A DNA stretch of 27,162 bases from a virus (Duplodnaviria > Caudoviricetes). Below are positions 8,604-16,785 of the stretch, piece after piece; within the stretch, counting starts at the first letter, position 1, and every line of letters starts with the position of its first letter. Made by a program: the position numbers and the translations under genes. The stretch lies in IMG/VR virus record IMGVR_UViG_3300036815_000032, positions 1 to 27,162 of that record; one strand, 5' to 3'. The notes under the pieces are model-generated. The model had not been told where the DNA came from and ran no database searches. It was given only the letters and a program-made list of their open reading frames with translations.

Positions 8604-8822
8604 CTACACCTTCTTAGGGCCGGGAGCGGCCGACGCCGCATCCTTCGTAGCCGCCGTTAACCGGCCCGCTTTGTAGAGTGCCGAGGCCGCCGCGATGTCT
8701 TTCTGCGCTCCAGCTCCAGCCGCCTTGGCAGCGAAACCGCCCGCACCGATCGCGCGAGCTTCTAGGTTCATCCCGCTCGGCGAGATCGACTTCACGGGCT
8801 TGAAGAAAGCATGCGATCCCAT
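8604..8822 (-). CDS. Small Ala/Lys-rich hypothetical protein (ejection cluster)
   Basis: Likely start is ATG 8822 (MGSHAFF; TAA-c-ATG coupling). Its stop lies 2 nt before the next ATG. Confidence 0.6.
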   Translation of the reverse strand: MGSHAFFKPVKSISPSGMNLEARAIGAGGFAAKAAGAGAQKDIAAASALYKAGRLTAATKDAASAAPGPKKV

Positions 8823-8823
8823 G

Positions 8824-9150
8824 TTATGCACCCTGATACGGCGACTGTTGCCGCTGCTGTTGCTGTTGCTGCGTCACTTTCTGTGCCGCCTGCACGTAAC
8901 CGTTGTTCGCGTCCTGTAGCGTTGGCGTCACTCCGGCGTAGGGCGTCGGATTGGGGTACCCGCTGACGTTGTTTCGGTTCGCGTACGCCTGCCCGTTCTG
9001 CGCAGCAGCCGGATCGATGTACTTCCCGACAGACGAACTCATCAGCGGGTCATAACTCGCCATCCGCGAGGCCCACGAGTTCTTGCCCGCAAACTGCTGT
9101 ACGGGGTCCATCCAACTACCGAGGTTAGTGAAGAAAGAATGGCCGCCCAT
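8824..9150 (-). CDS. Small Gln-rich hypothetical protein (ejection cluster)
   Basis: 108 aa, starts MGGHSFF, TAA-ac-ATG coupling, poly-Gln near the C-terminus. Confidence 0.6.
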   Translation of the reverse strand: MGGHSFFTNLGSWMDPVQQFAGKNSWASRMASYDPLMSSSVGKYIDPAAAQNGQAYANRNNVSGYPNPTPYAGVTPTLQDANNGYVQAAQKVTQQQQQQRQQSPYQGA

Positions 9151-9152
9151 GT

Positions 9153-9749
9153 TTAATACCCACCCATGCCGCCGTAGAGGCTTCCGATTGGCGATGTCTG
9201 TGCCCTTCGGTTCGCCGCCGCCGTCGCCTCGTTTTGGTAGATGCCTGCGGTATTCGCGAAGAGGTTGCCGAGTGAGTTGGCGTTGCCGTAGTTCTGCGCA
9301 GCACCGATGCTCGCGCTCTGCGCCGTGGCAATCTGCTGCGGGAGCACCCCTAGGTAGTTACCCTGCTGCGCGAGCCCGGTAAGCTGGTTCTTCGCGTTGA
9401 TGTCGCTCTGCTCCAACGCCGCCTTCCCGCCTTGCGCAGTCTGTGATGCCTGGAGCAAGCCCTTGGAGTAGTCCTTTTGGAGCTGCGTATTCGAGTCAAC
9501 GTTCGCGCTGCCGCCAGTGAGACCAGATCGAGCGGTCGCGAACTTGAGGTTGCGCGCATTGGTAGCCTCCTGCTCATTCACCTGCCCGGTGTAATAATCG
9601 TTGAGGTTTTTGCCATACGCGTCGTACTGCGCCTGCCGTTGCGGCGACGAGTAGGCGTTATTGATCTGCGAGATCGATTGCTGTATCTGCTGCTGCCGCG
9701 CCGCATCCGCTGCCGTCGCCGCATTGGCCGCTGAATTGTTGGTGCCCAT
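9153..9749 (-). CDS. Internal virion / ejection (pilot-like) protein
   Basis: Likely start is ATG 9749 (MGTNNSAA; TGATG overlap). Ala/Gln/Asn-rich with an ARSGLTGGS motif; directly follows the GNAT gene. Confidence 0.7.
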   Translation of the reverse strand: MGTNNSAANAATAADAARQQQIQQSISQINNAYSSPQRQAQYDAYGKNLNDYYTGQVNEQEATNARNLKFATARSGLTGGSANVDSNTQLQKDYSKGLLQASQTAQGGKAALEQSDINAKNQLTGLAQQGNYLGVLPQQIATAQSASIGAAQNYGNANSLGNLFANTAGIYQNEATAAANRRAQTSPIGSLYGGMGGY

Positions 9750-10264
9750 CAGTGCTGTACCCGCGCAAAGCAATACGCATCCGCGCCATTGGCGCAGTAC
9801 CCGTGATGGAGCCCTTCTTCGTTATAGCCGAGGACTTTGTACCATCGGCATAGCTCGGGTCTACTTTCCACCCGAGGCACCGGCACGATGCACTCCAGGC
9901 GGTGGGCCTGCCCGCTGACAAACATGGCGTCCATGACGCGGCGACAGATGCGCGTGCATGCAAACCAGTGGTCACTCCACGCCTGCGGGGTTGTGAGCAG
10001 GAAGTCCCGCCACACGCCGGGGCGCTGCGGCACGAAACCGCCTACCACGATGGGCGTAGCGCGGCCGACCGCGAAGTCCTCCTCTGTTTCAGCGTGCTTT
10101 ATGACCCACTTCGGCCCTGGTGCCACGAAGTTGCCCACAGACGCACGGTCGAGGTCCCATGGTTCCCCCACGAACGCCTCAATCTGCGCCCGCTCGTCCT
10201 GCGGCATGCTCGCGCAGACTTGGAAGATGTCCCCTAAAAAGGGGTTCGTAAAACATCGGATCAT
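9749..10264 (-). CDS. GNAT-fold acetyltransferase-like virion assembly protein (T7 gp13-like position)
   Basis: Start ATG 10264 (ATGA overlap with nozzle). Motifs PIVVGGF, HRLECIV and RWYKVLGYNEEG..GYCANGADAYCFAR match a RimJ/RimL-type GNAT C-terminus. Lies between the nozzle and ejection genes. Confidence 0.7.
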   Translation of the reverse strand: MIRCFTNPFLGDIFQVCASMPQDERAQIEAFVGEPWDLDRASVGNFVAPGPKWVIKHAETEEDFAVGRATPIVVGGFVPQRPGVWRDFLLTTPQAWSDHWFACTRICRRVMDAMFVSGQAHRLECIVPVPRVESRPELCRWYKVLGYNEEGLHHGYCANGADAYCFARVQH

Positions 10265-12963
10265 CCCGTCGCTCCTCCGCCGCCGGCGTCGATCACGTAC
10301 ACGTTGGCGGCATCCCACTCCCACGAGGCGCTGTTCTTCGCGTCGAGTCCGGGTTGGTTGCTGTTGAAAGTCAGAATCACGCTGTAACTGGGCGCGGTAA
10401 TCGGGAAAGGTATCGGCTGGCCCGGCACCGTATCGACGATTGCCACGTTGAAGGACGGCGTAACGCTCAGTGAAGTCCCAAATCCGGGGTCATCAGAGAA
10501 CGACGTGTTGTCTTGCTCATTCCAAGCTATCTGAATCGAGCACGCCCCCGTACCCACCAAGTCGATGCCAACCATCATTTTGTTGACGCCGAGCACGCCG
10601 GCATCGAGGTAGGGCCACTGAATCGTGCTGTTGAAAGCCGTGTTCGCGCCGCCCGAGTCGTCCACCAACGTGTTGTAGTCGAGCTGCCAAACCAGATTTC
10701 CAGCCGAGCGCAAGTACAGCGTCTCACCGAGCAAGCACCAGTCCGTAAGCGAGTCGGGAAAGGTGTAGCGGCTCCAGCTCTTGTTGCCTTGGCCATTGAC
10801 CGTGAGCACGAACGCCTGCGGCCCGAAGATGCACCAGTATTGACCTCGGCCGGGGTAGTAGAGCGCAAATGGATCGTAGGTTGCGGCTTTGAGCTGCGCC
10901 TTCACCAACACATCGATCGGCTGACCAGTCCCGCCGATTTGCAGGTTCGCAGTCGCCCCCGCTGTACCGATGTTGCGGATGCCCACCTCTGCCAGGAACA
11001 GCAAGTCGTTGGCTACCGACTGCGACGCCCGCGTGTGGACCGAGCCAACAGGCTGCGCATCGAGCAACGCCATGTTCTGCGGATCAGGGTCGGTCTGCCA
11101 CATCTGATACCCGCCCGCGTTCATTACAACGAGGTTGGATCGGTACAGCCCGAGCACCGCCACGGGGTTATCGCCATAGTTGTTCAGGCCGGTTGGCAGG
11201 AAACCGGCGTTGTTCGCGCTCGTGTAGTCCGTGGGGTCCACGACCGCGCTGAAGGAGACAATATCGTTATTGCCCTGAAAGACATGCGACGATGAGAGGC
11301 ATACGGCCTTACTGTTAGGATTCTTCGAATCGGTTATCTGCCGGTTGATGCATACCCACGACATGTTGCCGTCTTTCACGGTGTTACCCACTACTGTGGG
11401 CCATACCGGCTCAGTGGCGCCCGACTGCATTATCGGGATCGCCTGCCACGTGATGATCGAGGTGCCGATCGCCTTCCACGTGACCCCGCCATCAACTACC
11501 GTGTTGCCCGCTGTTGTTGGCCATGCGGGCTCAGACGAGCCGGAGGTCGCGGCAGTGGCTTGCACCGCCTCGAACAGGAAGTTGGACACTGCTGCCGCAG
11601 TCTCCAGGCTCCACGTCACGAGGTCCGCGAAGCTCGGGTTCGGGCTTGTGCCGGTCGCCGATGTGATCTGCACGCGCACGTGCTTGGCATTGGCCGGAGC
11701 ATTGCCCGTGACACCTACTTGCCGATAGCCGCCGCCTTGCTGCCCTGCACTGTTGGTGGTGCTGATGAGCGTGTCGCTAGAGTCATACCAGTTCAGACTC
11801 AGCGTCATTGTGGTATTGGCGCCGTTGTTGTTCGGATTCAGATACGCCGTAGCAGTGACACTCTGGCCGGGGCTCACCACGCCAAAGTTGGTCATCTTCA
11901 CAAATTCGGTGCCGTGCCCGGCGCCCGGTTGCAACTTGATACAAAGATTGCCCTGATACTGACCCGTTGAGGAGAACGTCACGTTGCTGGAGCTGAGAGT
12001 CCAGTTGCCATCATTCCCGGCCTCAAAGTCGCCGTTGGGGATAGCGTTGACGAAAGCGCCTTGCGTGTTGCTCGGCTGTACGACGGCGCCAGGGGAGTAG
12101 AGCGTACCCGGAGCCCAAATCGTCACGCTGGTGGACGCCTGCACTGTCGTTGAGGCGTTGCCGGCCGTGCCCGCTTGATTCAGGATCGTGGCCGCGTTGC
12201 CATACCTGTCAGTGATGTTCGCGCCCAACGGCACGGGTGCGCCGGCAGTTGACGCGGGCAGTTGCGTTGTCCCCGTGCTCGACGAGGACATGTCGAAATC
12301 GCCGAACTCCTGCACAACCCCGCCGAGCACGGACGGCCATGCAGGCTCAGTGCTGCCGGTGTGCGGGGAGGTGCCCTGCACGGCGATAGCCTTGAAGGCG
12401 TAGCCGTTATAAGTGGTGGGCTCGACTATTTGATTGACCGCGACGGTCGTTTCAGGCTGCCACGTCGTGTTAGGCGCCAAATCGCGAACAGCCTGAAAGG
12501 CCAATCCGTTGGGCGATGCGAGCGGGGTCACTATGTTCCCGGTCATGTAGACCGTGTTAGGCGCCCAAGTCCCGTTGCTCTGAAGCCAGTAGTGGAAGAC
12601 CTCGCCAGTACTGAATTGCGCCACGACGTAAGGGAAGCCCATGAAGGGCTTTGCGAACCAAATTTTGCTCAGCGTCGCCGCAGGGTTCGTCGGGTGTAGG
12701 AGCAGGTTGCATACATAGCCCGCAGGCACGGTCTGCAATGACGTAGCAAACACGTTGAGCTGTCCATTGAAGGCGGCGAGCCCAACGGTTTGGTTGGTCA
12801 ACGTAGCGGCGCGGATAGTGCCTTCGCGCGGAACGATAGTGCCCTGCTGCGTGATGTACGCGTTCACCAAGTCGTAAAGCATGTCGGCGCGAGCGCCGCC
12901 TTTGACTTTCAGGCGGTTGATCCCGCCGCGTACCGCTGTTATGGGGATTGGCTTCATGCTCAA
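10261..12963 (-). CDS. Tail nozzle / head-closure (tubular B-like) protein with inserted carbohydrate-binding-like modules
   Basis: N-terminal GGINRLK..GGA...LYDLVNAYIT..GTIVPR and a beta-rich C-terminus (KSWSRYTFP, WPYLDAG). A ~410-aa central insert carries Trp-rich repeats and an NGDFE-type CBM-like domain. Follows the adaptor gene. Confidence 0.7.
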   Translation of the reverse strand: MSMKPIPITAVRGGINRLKVKGGARADMLYDLVNAYITQQGTIVPREGTIRAATLTNQTVGLAAFNGQLNVFATSLQTVPAGYVCNLLLHPTNPAATLSKIWFAKPFMGFPYVVAQFSTGEVFHYWLQSNGTWAPNTVYMTGNIVTPLASPNGLAFQAVRDLAPNTTWQPETTVAVNQIVEPTTYNGYAFKAIAVQGTSPHTGSTEPAWPSVLGGVVQEFGDFDMSSSSTGTTQLPASTAGAPVPLGANITDRYGNAATILNQAGTAGNASTTVQASTSVTIWAPGTLYSPGAVVQPSNTQGAFVNAIPNGDFEAGNDGNWTLSSSNVTFSSTGQYQGNLCIKLQPGAGHGTEFVKMTNFGVVSPGQSVTATAYLNPNNNGANTTMTLSLNWYDSSDTLISTTNSAGQQGGGYRQVGVTGNAPANAKHVRVQITSATGTSPNPSFADLVTWSLETAAAVSNFLFEAVQATAATSGSSEPAWPTTAGNTVVDGGVTWKAIGTSIITWQAIPIMQSGATEPVWPTVVGNTVKDGNMSWVCINRQITDSKNPNSKAVCLSSSHVFQGNNDIVSFSAVVDPTDYTSANNAGFLPTGLNNYGDNPVAVLGLYRSNLVVMNAGGYQMWQTDPDPQNMALLDAQPVGSVHTRASQSVANDLLFLAEVGIRNIGTAGATANLQIGGTGQPIDVLVKAQLKAATYDPFALYYPGRGQYWCIFGPQAFVLTVNGQGNKSWSRYTFPDSLTDWCLLGETLYLRSAGNLVWQLDYNTLVDDSGGANTAFNSTIQWPYLDAGVLGVNKMMVGIDLVGTGACSIQIAWNEQDNTSFSDDPGFGTSLSVTPSFNVAIVDTVPGQPIPFPITAPSYSVILTFNSNQPGLDAKNSASWEWDAANVYVIDAGGGGATG

Positions 12964-14120
12964 CCCGACTGGTTGTCTTGAAACTGGATGAGGGTCGGCC
13001 GCACCGCTGGTGGGATCGGAAACGAGCCGGGGATATATCGAGCAGTCTTATGTGTGCCCGCGATCAGCTCGCCACGGTAGGAGTTCGCCTGTTGCGCAAT
13101 GTCGTTCGCGTCCGCGTGTCCGTAGTGGGCTTTCCCGTTTGCGAGCGCGTGTAGCAACACCAACTCGCTGTCGATCGTCGCCGCGTCGCTGTCATTCACG
13201 AAGCTCAGCAGCCCAAAATGCGCCCGCATCCAAAGCCAATACGTCTGATCCGGCGCGGGGTAGACTTCGATCCCCTGCCGAATGTCGTACCGCGCCGGTC
13301 GCCACGGCTTGGTAATCATCGTGTAGAGCTGCGGCGGAATGCCCTCAATGAGCGGATACCAGACATTGCGGGTGTCTTGGATTCCGGCCCACTCAATCTT
13401 CTTCAGTGGGTCCATATGGAAGGTGGACAACACGTCGTCATCGTTGTCCTTCAATGAGTAGAAGCGTTGACCGGGGATCAACTTCCATCGGAAGAATCGC
13501 CGCGTATGCAGCGCCGGGTAGCGGCGATATATGAAGTTCTGCGCGCTTAGCAGCAGCTCATTACAGAACGTCGCCATGCCGGGCGGCGGATTGGCGGCCT
13601 GAGATGCGAACCCCAAGCGGATCAGCAGCCGCGTTCTGAGCTGCGCGAGCGTTTGAGCCGGGTAGCCGCTGAGATCCAACTTGTCGCAGTTGTAGGAGAT
13701 TGGATCGAACGGATTCGGAAAATCCCACGGCAAGGTCTCATCCGCATTGCGCGTGATGGCAACCGCGAGTACCCACTGAGTAGCGCCGGCTGTTGCCGTA
13801 CCACCGCCAGAGGTAACGTTGATCGAGAAGCCAGTCGCACCGTTGAGGCTGACCTTGATGAGACCGCTCTCGTCGATAGTTTGCTGCGGGGTGCCCTCGC
13901 TTCCAACCTGTTGGCTGTGCAGCGTTGTGCCCCCGTCTGTCGAGTACGTCACGACCGGGTAGCTACCATCGCTTGAGCGCTGAGAGATCGTCCACGTCAG
14001 CGCTGCGACACCAGTCAGTAGCGCGGGGTCGCCAACGAAGTTGATTTGACCGCCCGTGACACCATTGGCGTTGCCCTGCCAGTAGTACCGGCCGTCTGAA
14101 TTCGTGACTGAAAGGGTCAT
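12960..14120 (-). CDS. Head-tail adaptor (tubular A-like) with N-terminal extension
   Basis: From ~aa 155 it reads TLAQLRTRLLIRLGF...P.RYDIRQGIEVYPAPDQTY...LVLLHALANGKAHYG, an adaptor-like pattern. The first ~125 aa form a separate beta-rich domain. AGGAAA SD. Confidence 0.7.
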   Translation of the reverse strand: MTLSVTNSDGRYYWQGNANGVTGGQINFVGDPALLTGVAALTWTISQRSSDGSYPVVTYSTDGGTTLHSQQVGSEGTPQQTIDESGLIKVSLNGATGFSINVTSGGGTATAGATQWVLAVAITRNADETLPWDFPNPFDPISYNCDKLDLSGYPAQTLAQLRTRLLIRLGFASQAANPPPGMATFCNELLLSAQNFIYRRYPALHTRRFFRWKLIPGQRFYSLKDNDDDVLSTFHMDPLKKIEWAGIQDTRNVWYPLIEGIPPQLYTMITKPWRPARYDIRQGIEVYPAPDQTYWLWMRAHFGLLSFVNDSDAATIDSELVLLHALANGKAHYGHADANDIAQQANSYRGELIAGTHKTARYIPGSFPIPPAVRPTLIQFQDNQSG

Positions 14121-14128
14121 GCTGTTTC

Positions 14129-14779
14129 CTAAGCCGGTTCGTTGACACCGAGTGAAGGGGAGTACTCTTGGGGAGGCAGCAGCCGGTCACCGGCGTTCTG
14201 GAATGCGAACTGCAGCCGGAGTTTCAAATTGAGCCCGAGCTGGACTAGGCTCCCCGGAGCGATACCGAAGCTGTGCTCAACACCAAACCTCTCGCGCTGC
14301 ACACGGGTGAATAGGTTCCCGCTACGCACGTAGGCCAGAATGATGTCGCCGTTCTGGATCTCCACAGGGCGGGGATCGTCGAGAGTGGCGAAGATGCGAA
14401 AGATTGGCCCGGCGAGTGTCGTAATCCGGAAGTTGTTTATCGTGGTGTCGAACCAATAGAAGTTGGCAGTCCCCGACTCGTCCGCAACCCACGCAATAAA
14501 GGGCCGCGCGTTCTGGTCGAATGACAACGCCACCCACACGGCAGCGCGGATATCGAGAATCTTGAACGACGGCGTATTAGGCGCAGCCAGATAGATGCCG
14601 TCCGACTTGGCAGACACCCTCCATAACTGAAACGTCAACCCTTGAGACGGATCGCCTAGCGCGACTCCCCCGAAGTGAAGGTCCGAAAGTCCGTCAGCCG
14701 CAAGGCTGCGCAGCGCGCCACGGGGGGCTTGGAACGGCGCAACAATCGGCGTTACTGATAGTGTGTTGTTCGGCATCAT
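14129..14779 (-). CDS. Virion structural protein, resembling tail-tip module proteins of Pseudomonas/Xanthomonas siphophages
   Basis: Start ATG 14779 (ATGA overlap). Motifs MPNNTLS, GGVALGDPSQGL..QLW, LSFDQNARP, YWFD, TLDD.R, DIILAY, RVQRERF and RLQF (recalled similarity). Confidence 0.65.
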   Translation of the reverse strand: MMPNNTLSVTPIVAPFQAPRGALRSLAADGLSDLHFGGVALGDPSQGLTFQLWRVSAKSDGIYLAAPNTPSFKILDIRAAVWVALSFDQNARPFIAWVADESGTANFYWFDTTINNFRITTLAGPIFRIFATLDDPRPVEIQNGDIILAYVRSGNLFTRVQRERFGVEHSFGIAPGSLVQLGLNLKLRLQFAFQNAGDRLLPPQEYSPSLGVNEPA

Positions 14780-15783
14780 GGGCCGCGCGTCCACCCGACT
14801 TGCACGGTCAATGTCAACACCATGGTGTTGTCCTTGGGGATCTTCGGGGTGAATCCCATTTGGTACTGACCACGGTTGTCTGCCGATGAGCCACCGCTGC
14901 CACGACCGTTACCCCAAGTGAGCAGCATCGCCCCGATGCCCCCGCCCCCAAGGTTGCTGCTATTGATATCGGCCTGCACCGTGGCTTGCCGCGTGTATGT
15001 GCCCACCGTATACGATGCGGTCGTAATGGAGCTAAAGCCGCCAGTCTGCGGGGTGCCAGTCACAACGCCCGGTTGTCCGGTTATTGCGCCGATCGCTCCG
15101 TTGAATGTCGAGCCGGCGTCCAGAGCCATTCCGGTGAACCCGCCGGGGCCGCCTCCCCACGCAGTCGCGGTGACGTTCGCCGCCCGGATCGTGTAGGCGT
15201 AGCTGACTCCGTTGAGCGTGATGCTGCCGGTCACATCAGCGGTTGGCGGGTATTGGTTAAGTGTGTACGTTACGTTCAGGGCTTCGTTGCTGAGAACGGT
15301 TATCGTTGTTGGGCTTCCGCCGCCATCCAAAATCAGCGCGCGCGAAAACAGGGCCGTAGCAGTTTGACCAACTCCGACCTCAGACAGATTTCCCGCCGCC
15401 GCTCCGACTGCGAACTGCCAAGTCTTAATCCCCGTCCCGAAGTACGGGGGTGTGCTCTGCGCTGTGCCCAGGCCGTTGTCACTGAAGTCCGTCGTCGTCG
15501 AAGCGACGATGCTCTGCAACGTTGTATCGGTGATAGCGGGCGCAGTGTTTCCCGAGCCAACAGCGCACGTATTCCACGGCCCTCCGCCCTGAGCTGAGTT
15601 GCCGAGCTGGTCAAGACCGCCGTTCGTGATGAGGTTCGGGAACTCCGCTAGCGGGCGCACGCGACCGTCTAGCCCGATCGCTTCCAACTTGAACCAGCCG
15701 GCAACCCTCACCCGTGGCACGAGATCGGGCTCGATAAGGATGTCCTTGATCTTCGGGAGCCAAAGAAGCGGTGATTCGTTCAT
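14776..15783 (-). CDS. Virion structural / fibre protein, resembling siphophage tail-tip module proteins
   Basis: Motifs GWFKLEA, FPNLITNGGL, CAVGSGNTAP, GNLSEVGVG, LFSRALILDGGGSPTTITVL..E.L.VTY and a terminal IPKDNT..LTL...W.R (recalled similarity). Confidence 0.7.
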   Translation of the reverse strand: MNESPLLWLPKIKDILIEPDLVPRVRVAGWFKLEAIGLDGRVRPLAEFPNLITNGGLDQLGNSAQGGGPWNTCAVGSGNTAPAITDTTLQSIVASTTTDFSDNGLGTAQSTPPYFGTGIKTWQFAVGAAAGNLSEVGVGQTATALFSRALILDGGGSPTTITVLSNEALNVTYTLNQYPPTADVTGSITLNGVSYAYTIRAANVTATAWGGGPGGFTGMALDAGSTFNGAIGAITGQPGVVTGTPQTGGFSSITTASYTVGTYTRQATVQADINSSNLGGGGIGAMLLTWGNGRGSGGSSADNRGQYQMGFTPKIPKDNTMVLTLTVQVGWTRGP

Positions 15784-16712
15784 GCCAGCGTGCCTCCAAT
15801 CAGTGTCAGACCCGTCTGGGTATAGTTCTCGTGCGGCCAGTTGGTGTAGTTGATATAGCCAGTCGTAATGATCAGAGTGCCGGACACCAGAGCCATTGGG
15901 CTCTGGGTGTAGTTCTCAGGCGGCCAGTTCGCGTAAATGATCAGACCGAGATGCATCTCACCACTGGTGAGCGCCATCCCCGTTTGGCTGTAGTTCTCCG
16001 GGGGCCAGTTGGAGTAACTAATCCGAGCCAAGTGCATATCGCCACTAACAAGCGATAGCCCCGAGGTGTAGTTCTCGGGCAGTATCGTGTAGAGCCCTTT
16101 GTACAGTCGCCCCGAAGCCAGCGTTGGCGCCTGCGTGTAGTTATCTGACGGAGTGACGGGGTACGTCCAACTCGTCAGATACGACACCGCGTCCTGCCAT
16201 GACCACGGATTACTGATGTCTCCACGCCCGGTTGGCATTGGGAGACTTCCAACACCAATGGTTGGCGAGCCAACCACCCACGTCTCCATAACCCCGGCAA
16301 ACACTTCATTGGGCGCGTAGAAGTCTCCAACGTCTCCGCGCCCGCTGACTGCGGGGAGGGTCCCGACTCCAAGCGTCGCGGCGTCTGCCTCCCACGCTTG
16401 CGGGTCCATGACTTCACCATGTCCGCCTACCGCCGCGATCGAGCCGACTCCGAGCGTCGGCGCCACTGCACTCCACGCAACTGGTGACTCCGGTTGTCCT
16501 CTGCCGGCCGGAGTACCTACGCTTCCAACTCCTAGCGTCGGGCTCGCCGCCTTGAGGGTGAACGACCCGAAGTAGAAGTCCGGGTCTGTTGGGCTCGGCG
16601 CATCTAGGACGATATCGCCTTTCGGCGCCGGAGCCGCGACCGAACCAACACCTAGTGTTGGTGAGTCCTCTGTCCAGGCATCCGGTCGGTTGATATCGCC
16701 ATTGCCCGCCAT
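15780..16712 (-). CDS. Repeat-built hypothetical virion protein
   Basis: 310 aa with five TLGVGS-type repeats followed by five ENY(T/S)-type repeats. AGAGGG SD; ATGA overlap with the next gene. Confidence 0.7.
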   Translation of the reverse strand: MAGNGDINRPDAWTEDSPTLGVGSVAAPAPKGDIVLDAPSPTDPDFYFGSFTLKAASPTLGVGSVGTPAGRGQPESPVAWSAVAPTLGVGSIAAVGGHGEVMDPQAWEADAATLGVGTLPAVSGRGDVGDFYAPNEVFAGVMETWVVGSPTIGVGSLPMPTGRGDISNPWSWQDAVSYLTSWTYPVTPSDNYTQAPTLASGRLYKGLYTILPENYTSGLSLVSGDMHLARISYSNWPPENYSQTGMALTSGEMHLGLIIYANWPPENYTQSPMALVSGTLIITTGYINYTNWPHENYTQTGLTLIGGTLA

Positions 16713-16722
16713 CGCGCCCTCT

Positions 16723-16754
16723 AAAAAGCGGGCCGGGGGTTTAGCCCGGCCCGC
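16723..16754 (-). terminator. Rho-independent terminator after the capsid block
   Basis: Minus strand GCGGGCCGGG-CTAAACC-CCCGGCCCGC followed by TTTTT. Confidence 0.85.
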
Positions 16755-16785
16755 AAACTATCGCCACCAGCGATAGGAGCCCCAT

